Below are positions 18,527 to 28,378 of a DNA stretch of 64,000 nt, piece after piece. Numbering within the stretch: the first letter of the stretch is position 1; each line of letters begins with the position of its first letter. The DNA lies in the IMG/VR virus record IMGVR_UViG_3300032087_006189; one strand, 5' to 3'. This DNA is from a virus. A program made the translations under genes and the position numbers. The notes beneath the pieces are model-generated. The model did not search any database. It was not told the DNA's origin and saw only the letters and a list, made by a program, of their open reading frames with translations.

Positions 18527-19316
18527 CCTCGAGGGTCTGACCCCCGAGGAGATTGAAGAAGCGAGAAGTCGAGTAAACCTTCGCGGCCTGTACTACCTGG
18601 GCGTGAAGAGAAATGGGCAGCAAGAGGGACTGACCCTTGATGAATACGAGCAGTGGCGGGAGCAGGAGCCCGACCTCAAGTGTGCCCCTTGCCGCGGTAC
18701 AGGTCTGACCAAGACCTACCACCGTAGCGTCGGCACCATTCACGCAAGTTCTGCCCATACCTGCGTGCGTCGCCTGTACTACGATGTAGACGGGTCATAC
18801 CGTCCGAAGCAGTACATCAAGCCAGAGCTGCAGATCACATTCGCGATGGGTCACGCCATTCACGATGTGGTCCAGAAGGCGCTGCATACGGCGCTGCCCG
18901 GCAAGTTCCAAGATGAGGTCAAGGTAGACCTTGATGAGGCCATGGTGCTGGGCAGCAGCACAGACGGCGTTGTTGAGCTTGATCATGCGCGGGTGCTTTT
19001 GGAAATCAAGAGCATTGGCAGCGAGTTCGACAAACTCACCAAGCCCAAGCGCGAGCACCTTACACAGGCGGCAGGCATCTACGCAACCGCAATGGATACG
19101 CCGTTCATCAGCTTCTTGTATGTGAGCAAGAAGTGGCCGCACGATGTGAAGGAGTTCGTCGTTACCTACGATGAGAAGTACTACCGTCGCTGGTGGAAGA
19201 GCAAGGGCTCCGTCGTAGAGGAAGCGCTGGACAAGGGAGAACCGCCGATTGCGGACGGGACGAAGGATGACTGCGGGTTCTGTCCGTATGCGTACTTCTG
19301 CCCGCAAAAGCAGTAG
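18507..19316 (+). CDS. Cas4-like PD-(D/E)xK exonuclease (Fe-S)
   Basis: HASSAHTCVRR, GHAIHD, DG...LEIKS, Q...Y, C-terminal CGFCPYAYFC; start at 18507. Confidence 0.82.
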   Translation: MIRTIADLEGLTPEEIEEARSRVNLRGLYYLGVKRNGQQEGLTLDEYEQWREQEPDLKCAPCRGTGLTKTYHRSVGTIHASSAHTCVRRLYYDVDGSYRPKQYIKPELQITFAMGHAIHDVVQKALHTALPGKFQDEVKVDLDEAMVLGSSTDGVVELDHARVLLEIKSIGSEFDKLTKPKREHLTQAAGIYATAMDTPFISFLYVSKKWPHDVKEFVVTYDEKYYRRWWKSKGSVVEEALDKGEPPIADGTKDDCGFCPYAYFCPQKQ

Positions 19317-19324
19317 GAGGGGAC

Positions 19325-19873
19325 ATGGCAAGAGGGAAGAAGACTGACTTCACTGTCAGCCTGCAAGAGGGCGAAGACATGTACTCTGGTGCCGCAGAGC
19401 GGGCACTGGAGCGTGTCGCAGACTTGGGGCTTGATGTCCCAGCGCGCCCGATCGACAACAACGGCAATCTTTTCGATGGCCGAATCCCGCCGAATGTGTC
19501 GGACTTCACAACTCGAGAGCTGGCTGACCTGTACACGATGATGTGCGGGTATGCCGACTATCTCGAGAACCTCTGCACGGTAGCGCGCGCAGATGTGCTG
19601 AACTCCGACAAGAAGCTGAAGATGACGAAGGCTCTTGTTCGCAAGAGCAAGACTGGTACTGCACAGGACAAGGAAGACCTCTGCATCTCCGATGTTCGCT
19701 ACATCGAGGCAGACATTTCCTATGTCGAGGCGAAGACCTACCTCGAACTACTCGAGGGCTTGAACAAAGCTGCTTCTCGGGACCGGTCAGTGCTGTCGCG
19801 CCTGATCGAGACCAAGAAGATGGAGCTGGACAACAAGCGCCGAGATCGAAATGCCCGAAACTACCGCTCTTAG
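19325..19873 (+). CDS. Helical protein, possibly UvsY-like recombination mediator
   Basis: GGAGG RBS; long amphipathic helices; within the recombination cluster. Function is inference only. Confidence 0.45.
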   Translation: MARGKKTDFTVSLQEGEDMYSGAAERALERVADLGLDVPARPIDNNGNLFDGRIPPNVSDFTTRELADLYTMMCGYADYLENLCTVARADVLNSDKKLKMTKALVRKSKTGTAQDKEDLCISDVRYIEADISYVEAKTYLELLEGLNKAASRDRSVLSRLIETKKMELDNKRRDRNARNYRS

Positions 19874-20324
19874 TCTTTGGGTGCCGTTCCTTCCTCCGTC
19901 GGAGAACCGCATTCGAGTTCACCGGCGGCAGGGAGGGCAGGTCTACAGCAAGGAAGCCAGAGACTTCAAAACGCAGTTCTCGGACTATATGCGAGAGAAC
20001 TACTTCATTCAGATCAACCAGTTTGTTGCGGAGCATACCGAGCAGTCCATCTACTCGGTAACGATGGTCTTCACTATGGAGACGCTCATCAACAAAGGGT
20101 GGGCTAAAAAGAAGGCGAAAACGCTCTATAAGAAAGTAGACGTCGGCAACCGGCGTAAGCTCATAGAAGACTGTCTTTCTACTGCCTTTGGCGAGATCGA
20201 CGATTCACTCTTCTTTGAGCTTCATCTAAGGAAGGAGATGGGTCCTGAACAAGGTGTTGAGATCCTTGTTGAGAGGGTCGCTCCAGAGCTGTTTGGAGTC
20301 CCCCATGTCACACGAGCTGAATAA
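19851..20324 (+). CDS. rusA: RusA-like Holliday junction resolvase
   Basis: LPPSEN, DVGNRRKLIEDCL, IDDS. Confidence 0.8.
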   Translation: MPETTALSLWVPFLPPSENRIRVHRRQGGQVYSKEARDFKTQFSDYMRENYFIQINQFVAEHTEQSIYSVTMVFTMETLINKGWAKKKAKTLYKKVDVGNRRKLIEDCLSTAFGEIDDSLFFELHLRKEMGPEQGVEILVERVAPELFGVPHVTRAE

Positions 20325-20598
20325 GACAGAGCTGATCGAACTCCTTCGGGAGGAAGACCACGGCAATGTCAGTAGAGCAAACAAGCGAGACTCGCTTGAG
20401 GCGGCATTGGATAGCGATGTCGACCTGGAGGAGTGCCCGCTTGAAGAAAGACGCGCTTCGATGCAGCGACACATCAAGCGCAACTGGAGAAGGATTCGGA
20501 CTCAGCTGCCCCGGTGCAACGGCAAATGCGAGACCTTCGGGTGTCCAGATGCCATCGTCATCGGCTGCTGGTTCCGATTCAAGGACGAAATCCTATGA
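20305..20598 (+). CDS. Hypothetical Cys-containing protein
   Basis: GGAG RBS, start at 20305; C-terminal CNGKC...CP...C. Confidence 0.7.
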   Translation: MSHELNKTELIELLREEDHGNVSRANKRDSLEAALDSDVDLEECPLEERRASMQRHIKRNWRRIRTQLPRCNGKCETFGCPDAIVIGCWFRFKDEIL

Positions 20599-21491
20599 CT
20601 TGGGAGCCCTGCGTCACCTGCGCGAGGCTCCGCAAGTGCAATGAGGTGGATCACAACCTCCTCCTTGAGGGAGGGGGTTGTTCCCTTCACGAGGTCGTTC
20701 ACGAAGGCGTTGTGTGCGCCCGCCTTCGAATCATGGACGAGTTTGGCGCTCAGGCAATACCCACAAAAAGTAACCTAAAGAAAGGGGTTATCGTTATGGC
20801 TGGAAAAGTTTCCAAGACCGCAGCAAACAAGCGCACTCTCCGCGCACTCGGCAAGGCGCTCGGGGTCATCCCCCGTGGCGGCGCAAGCTTCAAGCTCTCT
20901 GCCGAAGAGATCTGCCAGATGATCATGGATACCGGCGACGAGCGGTTCGCCAACCTCGATCAGATGAGCGACGACGAAGTATCCTCGATCGATGTTGACT
21001 CTACATCCGCCCCTGCTCCGAAGAAGGAAGAGCCCGCTGAGGAGTCTGCTGAGGAAACGGCAGGGGAAGAAGCTGCAGAGGAAGTCGAGGAAGAGAAGCC
21101 CGCGCCCAAGAAGCGCACCCGCCGTGCGCGCAAGCCGAAGGTAGAGGAGCCCGTAGAAGAGGAGTCGGATGATTCCGACGAGGACACCTCTGACGAGGAC
21201 AGCGCACCGTCGAAGCGCAAGCCCGCTGCACGCCGTGGTCGCCGTCCCAGCCGCAAGGCACCGGCCAAGTCTGAGTCGGCAGGGTCTGTCGATCTCAGCA
21301 AGCTGGAAGAGATGGTCAAGGTCATTGGCGAGGCAGGCGACGATCGCGACAAGAAGATCAAGGCCCTCGGCAAGATGCTTGAGGCTCTGGTCGAGAAGAT
21401 CGACGCGATCGACGGCTTCCTGACCTATGAGTACAACCAGGACGCCGAGGGAAACGAGATCGGCAGCCTCACGGAAGTGGACTGGACCTGA
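20595..21491 (+). CDS. Acidic/basic low-complexity protein; two candidate in-frame starts (20595, 20796)
   Basis: ATGA coupling at 20595; purine-rich AAGAAAGGGG before ATG 20796; Glu-rich and Lys/Arg-rich blocks; C-terminal coiled coil. Confidence 0.75.
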   Translation: MTWEPCVTCARLRKCNEVDHNLLLEGGGCSLHEVVHEGVVCARLRIMDEFGAQAIPTKSNLKKGVIVMAGKVSKTAANKRTLRALGKALGVIPRGGASFKLSAEEICQMIMDTGDERFANLDQMSDDEVSSIDVDSTSAPAPKKEEPAEESAEETAGEEAAEEVEEEKPAPKKRTRRARKPKVEEPVEEESDDSDEDTSDEDSAPSKRKPAARRGRRPSRKAPAKSESAGSVDLSKLEEMVKVIGEAGDDRDKKIKALGKMLEALVEKIDAIDGFLTYEYNQDAEGNEIGSLTEVDWT

Positions 21492-21623
21492 TCGAGCGCA
21501 GCGAAGCTGAGCTCCTGCAGATGGGAGAGCAGGCACTTGCCTCCCTATTGCAGGAGGCCGGCTACTTGCTCGGAGAAGGGGAAGAGGCGCTCAATATGAT
21601 TCGCCGTCTTTCCGTGTAGCTGC

Positions 21624-21654
21624 GAGGCCCCTGCAAATGCAGGGGCCTCTTTTT
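21624..21654 (+). terminator. Rho-independent terminator ending the replication operon
   Basis: gaggcccctgca-aa-tgcaggggcctc-ttttt. Confidence 0.85.
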
Positions 21655-21658
21655 AGCC

Positions 21659-24600
21659 CTACCAACCGCCGTCAGACAGTCGGTCGGTGATCCATGAGAG
21701 CTTCGCCCCGCGGAACTTGACGACAGGAGTGGCAATTTCTGAGTCAGACCGGTCACAGAGCTCAAAGAGTTTTGAAAAGAGAGCCTGAGACCTAAACTCG
21801 TTTCGGAACTGCTGGTAGGACTCGCTTGCTCCCGATGGCGTAACTACCGTAGTGAAGGCAATTGGGCCATCAGCGGTAGTGTTGATGGTAGCGTCAAGCG
21901 CAGTCTTGACTGCCGCCATCCATCGGGGGGCCATGTAGAGCTCAGATCCCAGCTTACTGGCTGCACTGTAAAGCGCCCTGCCAATTGACCACCCATTAGA
22001 GTTGTCAATAGAGGACCAGATTCCGCCGTGCGGGATAGAACCGGGCCATGACCCTGTTTTGTCAATCTGCGACTGGTCTGACGTGAGAGAAAACGCCGTC
22101 CCGAACAAGACCACGGACCTATTATCGGATCTCTTGTTTCTTCTGCGAATCAGGTGGCCAGAAAACGATGTAGCAGAATGAACCATGCTGCCGTTCAATA
22201 CTGCCGCGTTACTCGCGCCGTCTGCCGCAGAGTCTGCCAAGGGACGTGCTGCGAGACGGAACTCCCCGTACTCCCCCACAGCAGTCGGCTTGATACCAGG
22301 AAAGGCCTCTGTCCAAGAGTAAGCCGCAGTGCGCTTTGCATCTTCGGTTTCTCCTGGAGCCCACCCAGGAATGAAACACTGAGATCCTTCTTTCCGCCTA
22401 CAGCCAATGTAGAACTCTACTGTCGCAAAATACGTGTAGCGTCTACGGTCGCAGAACCTCTTGTTTAGAGCCCCAGCGGTCATGTCAATCACGACAGGGA
22501 ACTGCTTCTCGACGTCCCCCGTCCCTACTGATTCAGAGGACAGGTCCAACTCCTGTTCGTGCAAGAGTTCAGAGAATCCGAGCAAAGAGGTCTCATCTGT
22601 AGCAGCCGTGCCCCGGCTGTACAGATGCTGGGGCTGATTTTCGTCTCCGGAGATGTTGTACCTCCAAAGTCGAACTGTGACGCCCTCCCGGGCACGCCAC
22701 GCGGAAAGATCCGACCAATCGGTAAACGCAGAGGTTTTTGTCGGAGAGCTTCTCCAGACCCCAAAAGTCCTGTACTGGGTGTAGCCAAGCGTCCCGCCGG
22801 GAACAGTCCTTCCGTCCGCAGGCACAAAGCCCAAGTTGATCTGGAGCTTGGACAGCATTGCGCCGTGGGGTGGGGACAGGGGAACCACGAAGCCGGTTTT
22901 TCCGGGCATTTGCCAGAAATCCGGATTTACACGGTCATCACCAGTTCGGTACGAACCAGTCGAGTCAAGAATATCGGATGGGTCAATGTGGTTTTTGGAA
23001 AACTCCCATTTTTCAGCATCTGAATCCGAGTCCTCTGGCTGATCGGCCCCATAGGACGTCAGGCCAAGAATGTCCTGATCGTCGCTCGTCATCTTTCTTC
23101 CAGCACCGAAGTAGCAATACTGGAAGTAGAAAAGCGGGTCGTAGTACGGGTGGTACGCGTTGATCGTCGCGGCGTTAGAGCCCACCTTGAAGAACGAAGA
23201 TCCTTCGTAGTAGGGGCGGTAATACCGCACTACGGTCAGTACGTGCGACACATACGCCTCAATTCCGCCCGTAGTGTTGGAAGTTACGATCTCTCCCGAA
23301 GAGTTCTCAGGCTTGGTGTTCTGCGGCCCTTCCCACAAAATCAAGGGAGTGGCGTAGCTCGGATACCGCCATCTGCGGATATTCGACGAGTAGGATCGAC
23401 CTCGAACATCGGCGCGGACATATGCCCCGTATCCGGTGTAGACCCTCAGTTCCCTACTCACCGCCGGGTAGGATGCATAGTGCGTCACGTAGTTATTATC
23501 ATCGGAATATGAAACAAGCCAGAATGCCCCATTACTCGTGTTCGTGACATTACCGAGCGAGTACTCAGTCAGCAGCGGGCCCTTATGGGCATCGCCATAG
23601 GGCGTAAAGGTGAGTGAAGTGGTTTGTTCGGAAGCTAGGCGATGCCCTGGATGAGTAACCTCGCCAGTTGGGGCCTTTTGTGGATCACTCAGCTCAAAGA
23701 TAGGGAGCACTCCCGTATCGGCGCCCTCTTGAACACCGGTAGAGTCGGTAGGCCCGTAAACAAACTGCTCTGTTGCCAGCACAGAATCATCGAACCACCG
23801 CTCTCCCAAAGTCAGGTTTGAGCTATTCGTATCGTTTTCCGCCAGCGGCAAGTCTTCGTTCTGCAGCTGCTTGACTTCCGCTGGACCTACGACTTGATGC
23901 CCCAAGATCGGAGTATGGGTGCGAAGGCCGGCGGCGCGAAGGACGCCCTGAAGCTTCAGATTGCCCTTGAACAAGCCCTCTTCAAGAGCCTGGACTCGGA
24001 AACTGCGGATGTAGTAGACGCCGTACTCTGTCAGCCCAAAGAAATGTGGACCGAGAGCACCTGATAGTGACGGATACGATCCCGGCGGGAGAGTCATGTC
24101 GAGACGAACAGCAAACGAGTTAGGATCTCGAGTGTCCGTGAAGCTCTGGTCTGGGTTCCATTGAAGGAAATCTACCGTGTACCGATTGAGCGTGGTCCCT
24201 CGTGATACGGTGACTCGGTGTGTGTTGCCAATGATCGTCTCAGTTGCTGGATCTCCCACATTGTCCACGAGGGCTACGGTAATATCCCGCTCATCTACAG
24301 ACCCGTAGTAAACCGCGTCAAACACGATTCTAAACGCCGTGTTGTTGGCGATCAGATCTGACAGGCCCTTGAAGTACAGCTGTACTCTGCCTGCCTCCGT
24401 GCTCAACTTGTAGACTACGATCTTAGTGCCGGAACCCTTGAAAATATCTCCGGGCAGACCCTCGTTTGGAGCAATCCTGGCTCTGGTAGTAGACCCAGAA
24501 ACAACCCGAGCAAACACCTCATGCTTGTGAGAGGTGTAATCCAAGAAGGTATCTTCTCCGCTGCTCAGGCCAGACTCGTATAGATCTCCTGAGACAAACG

Positions 24601-27600
24601 GCAGGTTTGAGGCCCCTGGAATTCGGGTACGAACCCCATCAAGGGCACTCTCAACAGCCTGCCAGACCGTATAGTCTCTGGCATCGAGGCTACCGAGACT
24701 TTCGCTCTCGAAGAAAAGCTGCCCAGCATGTCCCCCAAGAGATCTCTCGGAGAACAAGTCTCCAAAGAAGTTTCCGAGGGCACCTCGAGCAGACTGCCCG
24801 TGCTGCGCAGTGATCAGTGGGCGCAAGCTGCCGGCCCCAACCTCTTCTTCAATAGAGGATGAAACGGGCCCATATTGGGTTCCGTAGCCCATGCTCGCAC
24901 TGACAGACGAGGTCTGGGTGGTTGCCCCGGGCTCTGCATCGAAGGCAATGATGCCCGTGCCGATCTCTGAGTAGTCTGCAAGGTCTAGGTACGAGTAATG
25001 CCACCTACGACCATACGCGCGCAGAGAGTATGTGCTGTCCGGGGGAACAGAAGTTGAATCCTGCTTTTTGAGGGCAAAGACAATGTCCCCGGCAAGTTCC
25101 CGTACTGCTACAACGGTGCCCGCGTAGGTACCGCCATCAAGCTCGATACCAAGATGCACCAGCTCGCTCAGAGAGCGGCTTGAGATTCCCTCTGGGATGT
25201 CAGCTTGGGCGACCACCACGGTGTAGTCATAGGACAGATTGAATAGGCGCGTGGCGGTGGGAGATGCTGACGCAGCAGGAGCAGCTGTAGTCTGAACGCT
25301 CGAAACTTCCGCGACCAGGTAGGGGCTTCCAAGCCAAGCGGCACCATCTCCCCAGAATACCGGAGGAGGATTTGAGAGGTCGGTGTACCCCGGACGGAGT
25401 TCGTTGAAGGTGCCGGAACCTCCGGTGTAGATACCAGAGGATTCGTGCCTCGGAGAAAAGAGACTGCCCCGAAGGGTCATCCCTTCTCCCGCCCCTACAT
25501 GGGTGGCCTCCCACTCCTCCACTACGAGAGTGGCCGGATACAGGTCTTCAGACTGCAGCCCCGTAGAAAAAGTCTTCTTTCTCCAGAAAACTCCGGCGGG
25601 GTCATGGCCCTCTTGCTCTGACCGAACCCCTGCCGCTCCCCAGTTTCCTCCGATGCTCCGGTCGGACTCTGTAAATCTCAGATCGTGTGTAGAAGTATCA
25701 GAGATGACATGCACACCGCTCTGCCCACGCCCAGCAGAGGTAGAGGCAGACGGGGATCCAGTAACTCGGATCAATGCACCGTACGCGGGAGCATAAGAAG
25801 TCACCTGAATCGCCGGCCCAACACTGACATCGTGCATACTGGCAGTGGTGTTCAGGGCACTAAATCTCGAGTCATTTGCGGTAACCAAAAGGCCCGCGCC
25901 AAGACCCGACCATCCCGCACGGATTCCATACCCGTAGGGAGCTACGGGGGATCCCGGAACCAACGGTCCCATTTCCTGATGTACGCTGAGAGCCGCGCGA
26001 GCCTCTACCACTGTGCCGAAAATCGGAACGCCTACCCCTACGCGAAGCGTGTAGAAGGCAAAGGTCACCGCAGTAGGAGTAGTGACGCTAAGTGGTGAGC
26101 CGTCGAGTCCTCGCAAAGTACAAGTACTGGGGCCAAGCTGGTACAGCTCGTACATACCCGCGTACTCAGTGGATGTGACCTTTACGAAGGTCTTCCCACC
26201 ATGGATGTTTGCGGAGCGAAGAGATGTACTTGCGTGCGTGACCGGGTAGATTCCACGAAGATCATCTACATCAAGTAGCGCACCCCCTGCAGAGATAGCA
26301 GAAATCGCGCTTCCGCTAAGAGTGCCTTCCAGCTCAGCCAGGTTCGAGTTTGAACCAGTAGTGCTGATGTACGCAGCCTTCGTCACATGCTCGAAGTGCG
26401 CGAAGGACAGGTCGCTACCAGATGTCCCGTCGTTGACCTTTGTGTGATGGAACCCACCAGCGAGGGCAGACTCGGTCACCGAGCTGATTGCAGCTTGGAA
26501 GTCGGGGAGGAAGTCGTCGTACAGCGTCCATGCGGAAACACTCGATCCTGAATCGAGAAGATCGACGCTAATCTGGTGTGGAGGCGGAACCAGCTCGACT
26601 GTGCGCGCATCCAACAGTCGGTGGACACGCCAGTCCACATACTCATCGGTGCCGATGGTGAGGTCGATTGAGCGCCCTACATCTGCGAGGGTGAACTCAT
26701 CACCATCGCGAACTTGAAGCAGGTTTCCGGCCAAGATCTCGTCTGCAGAAGTGGAACCAGAGCGAACTGCCGAGCGGCTGTTTGTGGACTCCTGCATGTG
26801 CAGCGTGATGGGACGGCCATCTACTGTGGCGTGGAAGCCGCCACCCTTGTCGTTGCCCTGCCCCTGGTACACGCCATCGAAGTTGAGCTTTTGGTGCAGG
26901 TTCTTGAGAACCCAAGCATCCACTTCTTCTGCCGAGTTCACCGCAGGAACAAGCAGGAAGTCCCGGGGAACCTCGCCAAACTCATTCTTCATGCCGAGGA
27001 CGATCTTGATGCCGCCGGCAGGCATACGGGGCAGTCGGGGCTCAAAGCCGAGGTAGAGATTGTTCTCGAATACCCCGTTGGCTTTTACAATCAGAGAGCC
27101 GCCAGCATCGTTGTTCAGCAGGTGCAGATTGTTTTCATCAATCGGGCGAACAACAATCTCGGTCTCAGAGACCACCACATCAACGATGTAGTCGCCGTTG
27201 TGGTTGATTGGTGTCGAGTAGGACGAGCTGGAGATGGTGACGATGTCTCCGGGCTCTACGAGATTTGTCTCGAACGTAGCGGAGGAGCACTTGATCGTCG
27301 CCCCGTCGATGATCTCGGTGATCGTTACCGAGGTCTGCTTCGTCGCGTCTGTTGCAGGAGTCTGCGAAAGCACACTCCTGTACGTATCGAACACAGTGTC
27401 GTTACTGATTGGGAGGAGACTTGCGCCAGTGTTGTCGAATACAGACGACGCACCCGGGCCTGTAGGCGCGTACGCAACGGTTCCGACTCCCACGACCCGG
27501 CTACCGGGAACTGTGTCGTCCCAGTGCAGAATCTCATTCCAGTCGCTATCGAGGACTGCGAAGTACTTTGAGATGTCCGCAAGGCTGGCATCGTGCGGGA

Positions 27601-28378
27601 GATCGACGAAAATGTCTGTGGCCAAGATACCAGAAAGGCCATCCGAAACGCTGGCTCTAAGATCGATGCCCTTGATTTCCCCAGTGACTCCATCAATATC
27701 CAGTCGAGGGCTTCCCGCGGGGATATCAAGCACAACCGGGACCGCTACACCACGGACCATCTTCACCTGGTGGTTGTCCAAGTTCTTCGACAGGCTGTGA
27801 AGTGCGCGGTTGAAATTCTCGCTGGTCCGATCTTCTCCTCGCGCAACGAAGCTCGAGCTCGGGCGGTTGCCCTGCGTCATGGCGCGAGGTGAAGAGGATG
27901 CCAGGTCTCCGGCTGTGACCGTAGCGGCTGGATGCGGGTGGACCGCAAACCCCAACAAAGGGGCCAGATCGTTGAAACCGCTCGTCTCCGGAAGAACGCG
28001 AATTAGGGCCGGAGTAGTTCCTCCCACATATCCAGATTGCGTTGACCGAATCGCCAGTACGCCTTCTTCTGCCGTCGCCTCTACAGGCACGGGGCTAAAA
28101 GAGGATGCCCTCAAATTGATCGCATCTACAATCTCTTGCAGGGTCAGAGACCCCACACCGGAGAACTGGACATCGATCAGGTTCACCGATTCCGTGCTGA
28201 GGGCCAGTTCAAATGATGCGCTACCGCCGCCAATTACGGCGTTGACGGTATCAAATTCGCCATCAAGGTTGATGTGCTCAGTCCCGAAAATCACGGGCTG
28301 AGAAATGACGGCGTTGTCGGTCTGGCTCGCCAGGAAGGGCCGGCGGGTGTAGTCACTCACAGAAACCTCACTTCCCAA
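21659..28378 (-). CDS. Giant virion structural protein (tail fibre/baseplate-associated), 2239 aa
   Basis: Ser/Gly/Thr- and beta-rich; last gene of the baseplate module; shares the GD...G.Y.I module with neighbours. Confidence 0.7.
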   Translation of the reverse strand: MGSEVSVSDYTRRPFLASQTDNAVISQPVIFGTEHINLDGEFDTVNAVIGGGSASFELALSTESVNLIDVQFSGVGSLTLQEIVDAINLRASSFSPVPVEATAEEGVLAIRSTQSGYVGGTTPALIRVLPETSGFNDLAPLLGFAVHPHPAATVTAGDLASSSPRAMTQGNRPSSSFVARGEDRTSENFNRALHSLSKNLDNHQVKMVRGVAVPVVLDIPAGSPRLDIDGVTGEIKGIDLRASVSDGLSGILATDIFVDLPHDASLADISKYFAVLDSDWNEILHWDDTVPGSRVVGVGTVAYAPTGPGASSVFDNTGASLLPISNDTVFDTYRSVLSQTPATDATKQTSVTITEIIDGATIKCSSATFETNLVEPGDIVTISSSSYSTPINHNGDYIVDVVVSETEIVVRPIDENNLHLLNNDAGGSLIVKANGVFENNLYLGFEPRLPRMPAGGIKIVLGMKNEFGEVPRDFLLVPAVNSAEEVDAWVLKNLHQKLNFDGVYQGQGNDKGGGFHATVDGRPITLHMQESTNSRSAVRSGSTSADEILAGNLLQVRDGDEFTLADVGRSIDLTIGTDEYVDWRVHRLLDARTVELVPPPHQISVDLLDSGSSVSAWTLYDDFLPDFQAAISSVTESALAGGFHHTKVNDGTSGSDLSFAHFEHVTKAAYISTTGSNSNLAELEGTLSGSAISAISAGGALLDVDDLRGIYPVTHASTSLRSANIHGGKTFVKVTSTEYAGMYELYQLGPSTCTLRGLDGSPLSVTTPTAVTFAFYTLRVGVGVPIFGTVVEARAALSVHQEMGPLVPGSPVAPYGYGIRAGWSGLGAGLLVTANDSRFSALNTTASMHDVSVGPAIQVTSYAPAYGALIRVTGSPSASTSAGRGQSGVHVISDTSTHDLRFTESDRSIGGNWGAAGVRSEQEGHDPAGVFWRKKTFSTGLQSEDLYPATLVVEEWEATHVGAGEGMTLRGSLFSPRHESSGIYTGGSGTFNELRPGYTDLSNPPPVFWGDGAAWLGSPYLVAEVSSVQTTAAPAASASPTATRLFNLSYDYTVVVAQADIPEGISSRSLSELVHLGIELDGGTYAGTVVAVRELAGDIVFALKKQDSTSVPPDSTYSLRAYGRRWHYSYLDLADYSEIGTGIIAFDAEPGATTQTSSVSASMGYGTQYGPVSSSIEEEVGAGSLRPLITAQHGQSARGALGNFFGDLFSERSLGGHAGQLFFESESLGSLDARDYTVWQAVESALDGVRTRIPGASNLPFVSGDLYESGLSSGEDTFLDYTSHKHEVFARVVSGSTTRARIAPNEGLPGDIFKGSGTKIVVYKLSTEAGRVQLYFKGLSDLIANNTAFRIVFDAVYYGSVDERDITVALVDNVGDPATETIIGNTHRVTVSRGTTLNRYTVDFLQWNPDQSFTDTRDPNSFAVRLDMTLPPGSYPSLSGALGPHFFGLTEYGVYYIRSFRVQALEEGLFKGNLKLQGVLRAAGLRTHTPILGHQVVGPAEVKQLQNEDLPLAENDTNSSNLTLGERWFDDSVLATEQFVYGPTDSTGVQEGADTGVLPIFELSDPQKAPTGEVTHPGHRLASEQTTSLTFTPYGDAHKGPLLTEYSLGNVTNTSNGAFWLVSYSDDNNYVTHYASYPAVSRELRVYTGYGAYVRADVRGRSYSSNIRRWRYPSYATPLILWEGPQNTKPENSSGEIVTSNTTGGIEAYVSHVLTVVRYYRPYYEGSSFFKVGSNAATINAYHPYYDPLFYFQYCYFGAGRKMTSDDQDILGLTSYGADQPEDSDSDAEKWEFSKNHIDPSDILDSTGSYRTGDDRVNPDFWQMPGKTGFVVPLSPPHGAMLSKLQINLGFVPADGRTVPGGTLGYTQYRTFGVWRSSPTKTSAFTDWSDLSAWRAREGVTVRLWRYNISGDENQPQHLYSRGTAATDETSLLGFSELLHEQELDLSSESVGTGDVEKQFPVVIDMTAGALNKRFCDRRRYTYFATVEFYIGCRRKEGSQCFIPGWAPGETEDAKRTAAYSWTEAFPGIKPTAVGEYGEFRLAARPLADSAADGASNAAVLNGSMVHSATSFSGHLIRRRNKRSDNRSVVLFGTAFSLTSDQSQIDKTGSWPGSIPHGGIWSSIDNSNGWSIGRALYSAASKLGSELYMAPRWMAAVKTALDATINTTADGPIAFTTVVTPSGASESYQQFRNEFRSQALFSKLFELCDRSDSEIATPVVKFRGAKLSWITDRLSDGGW

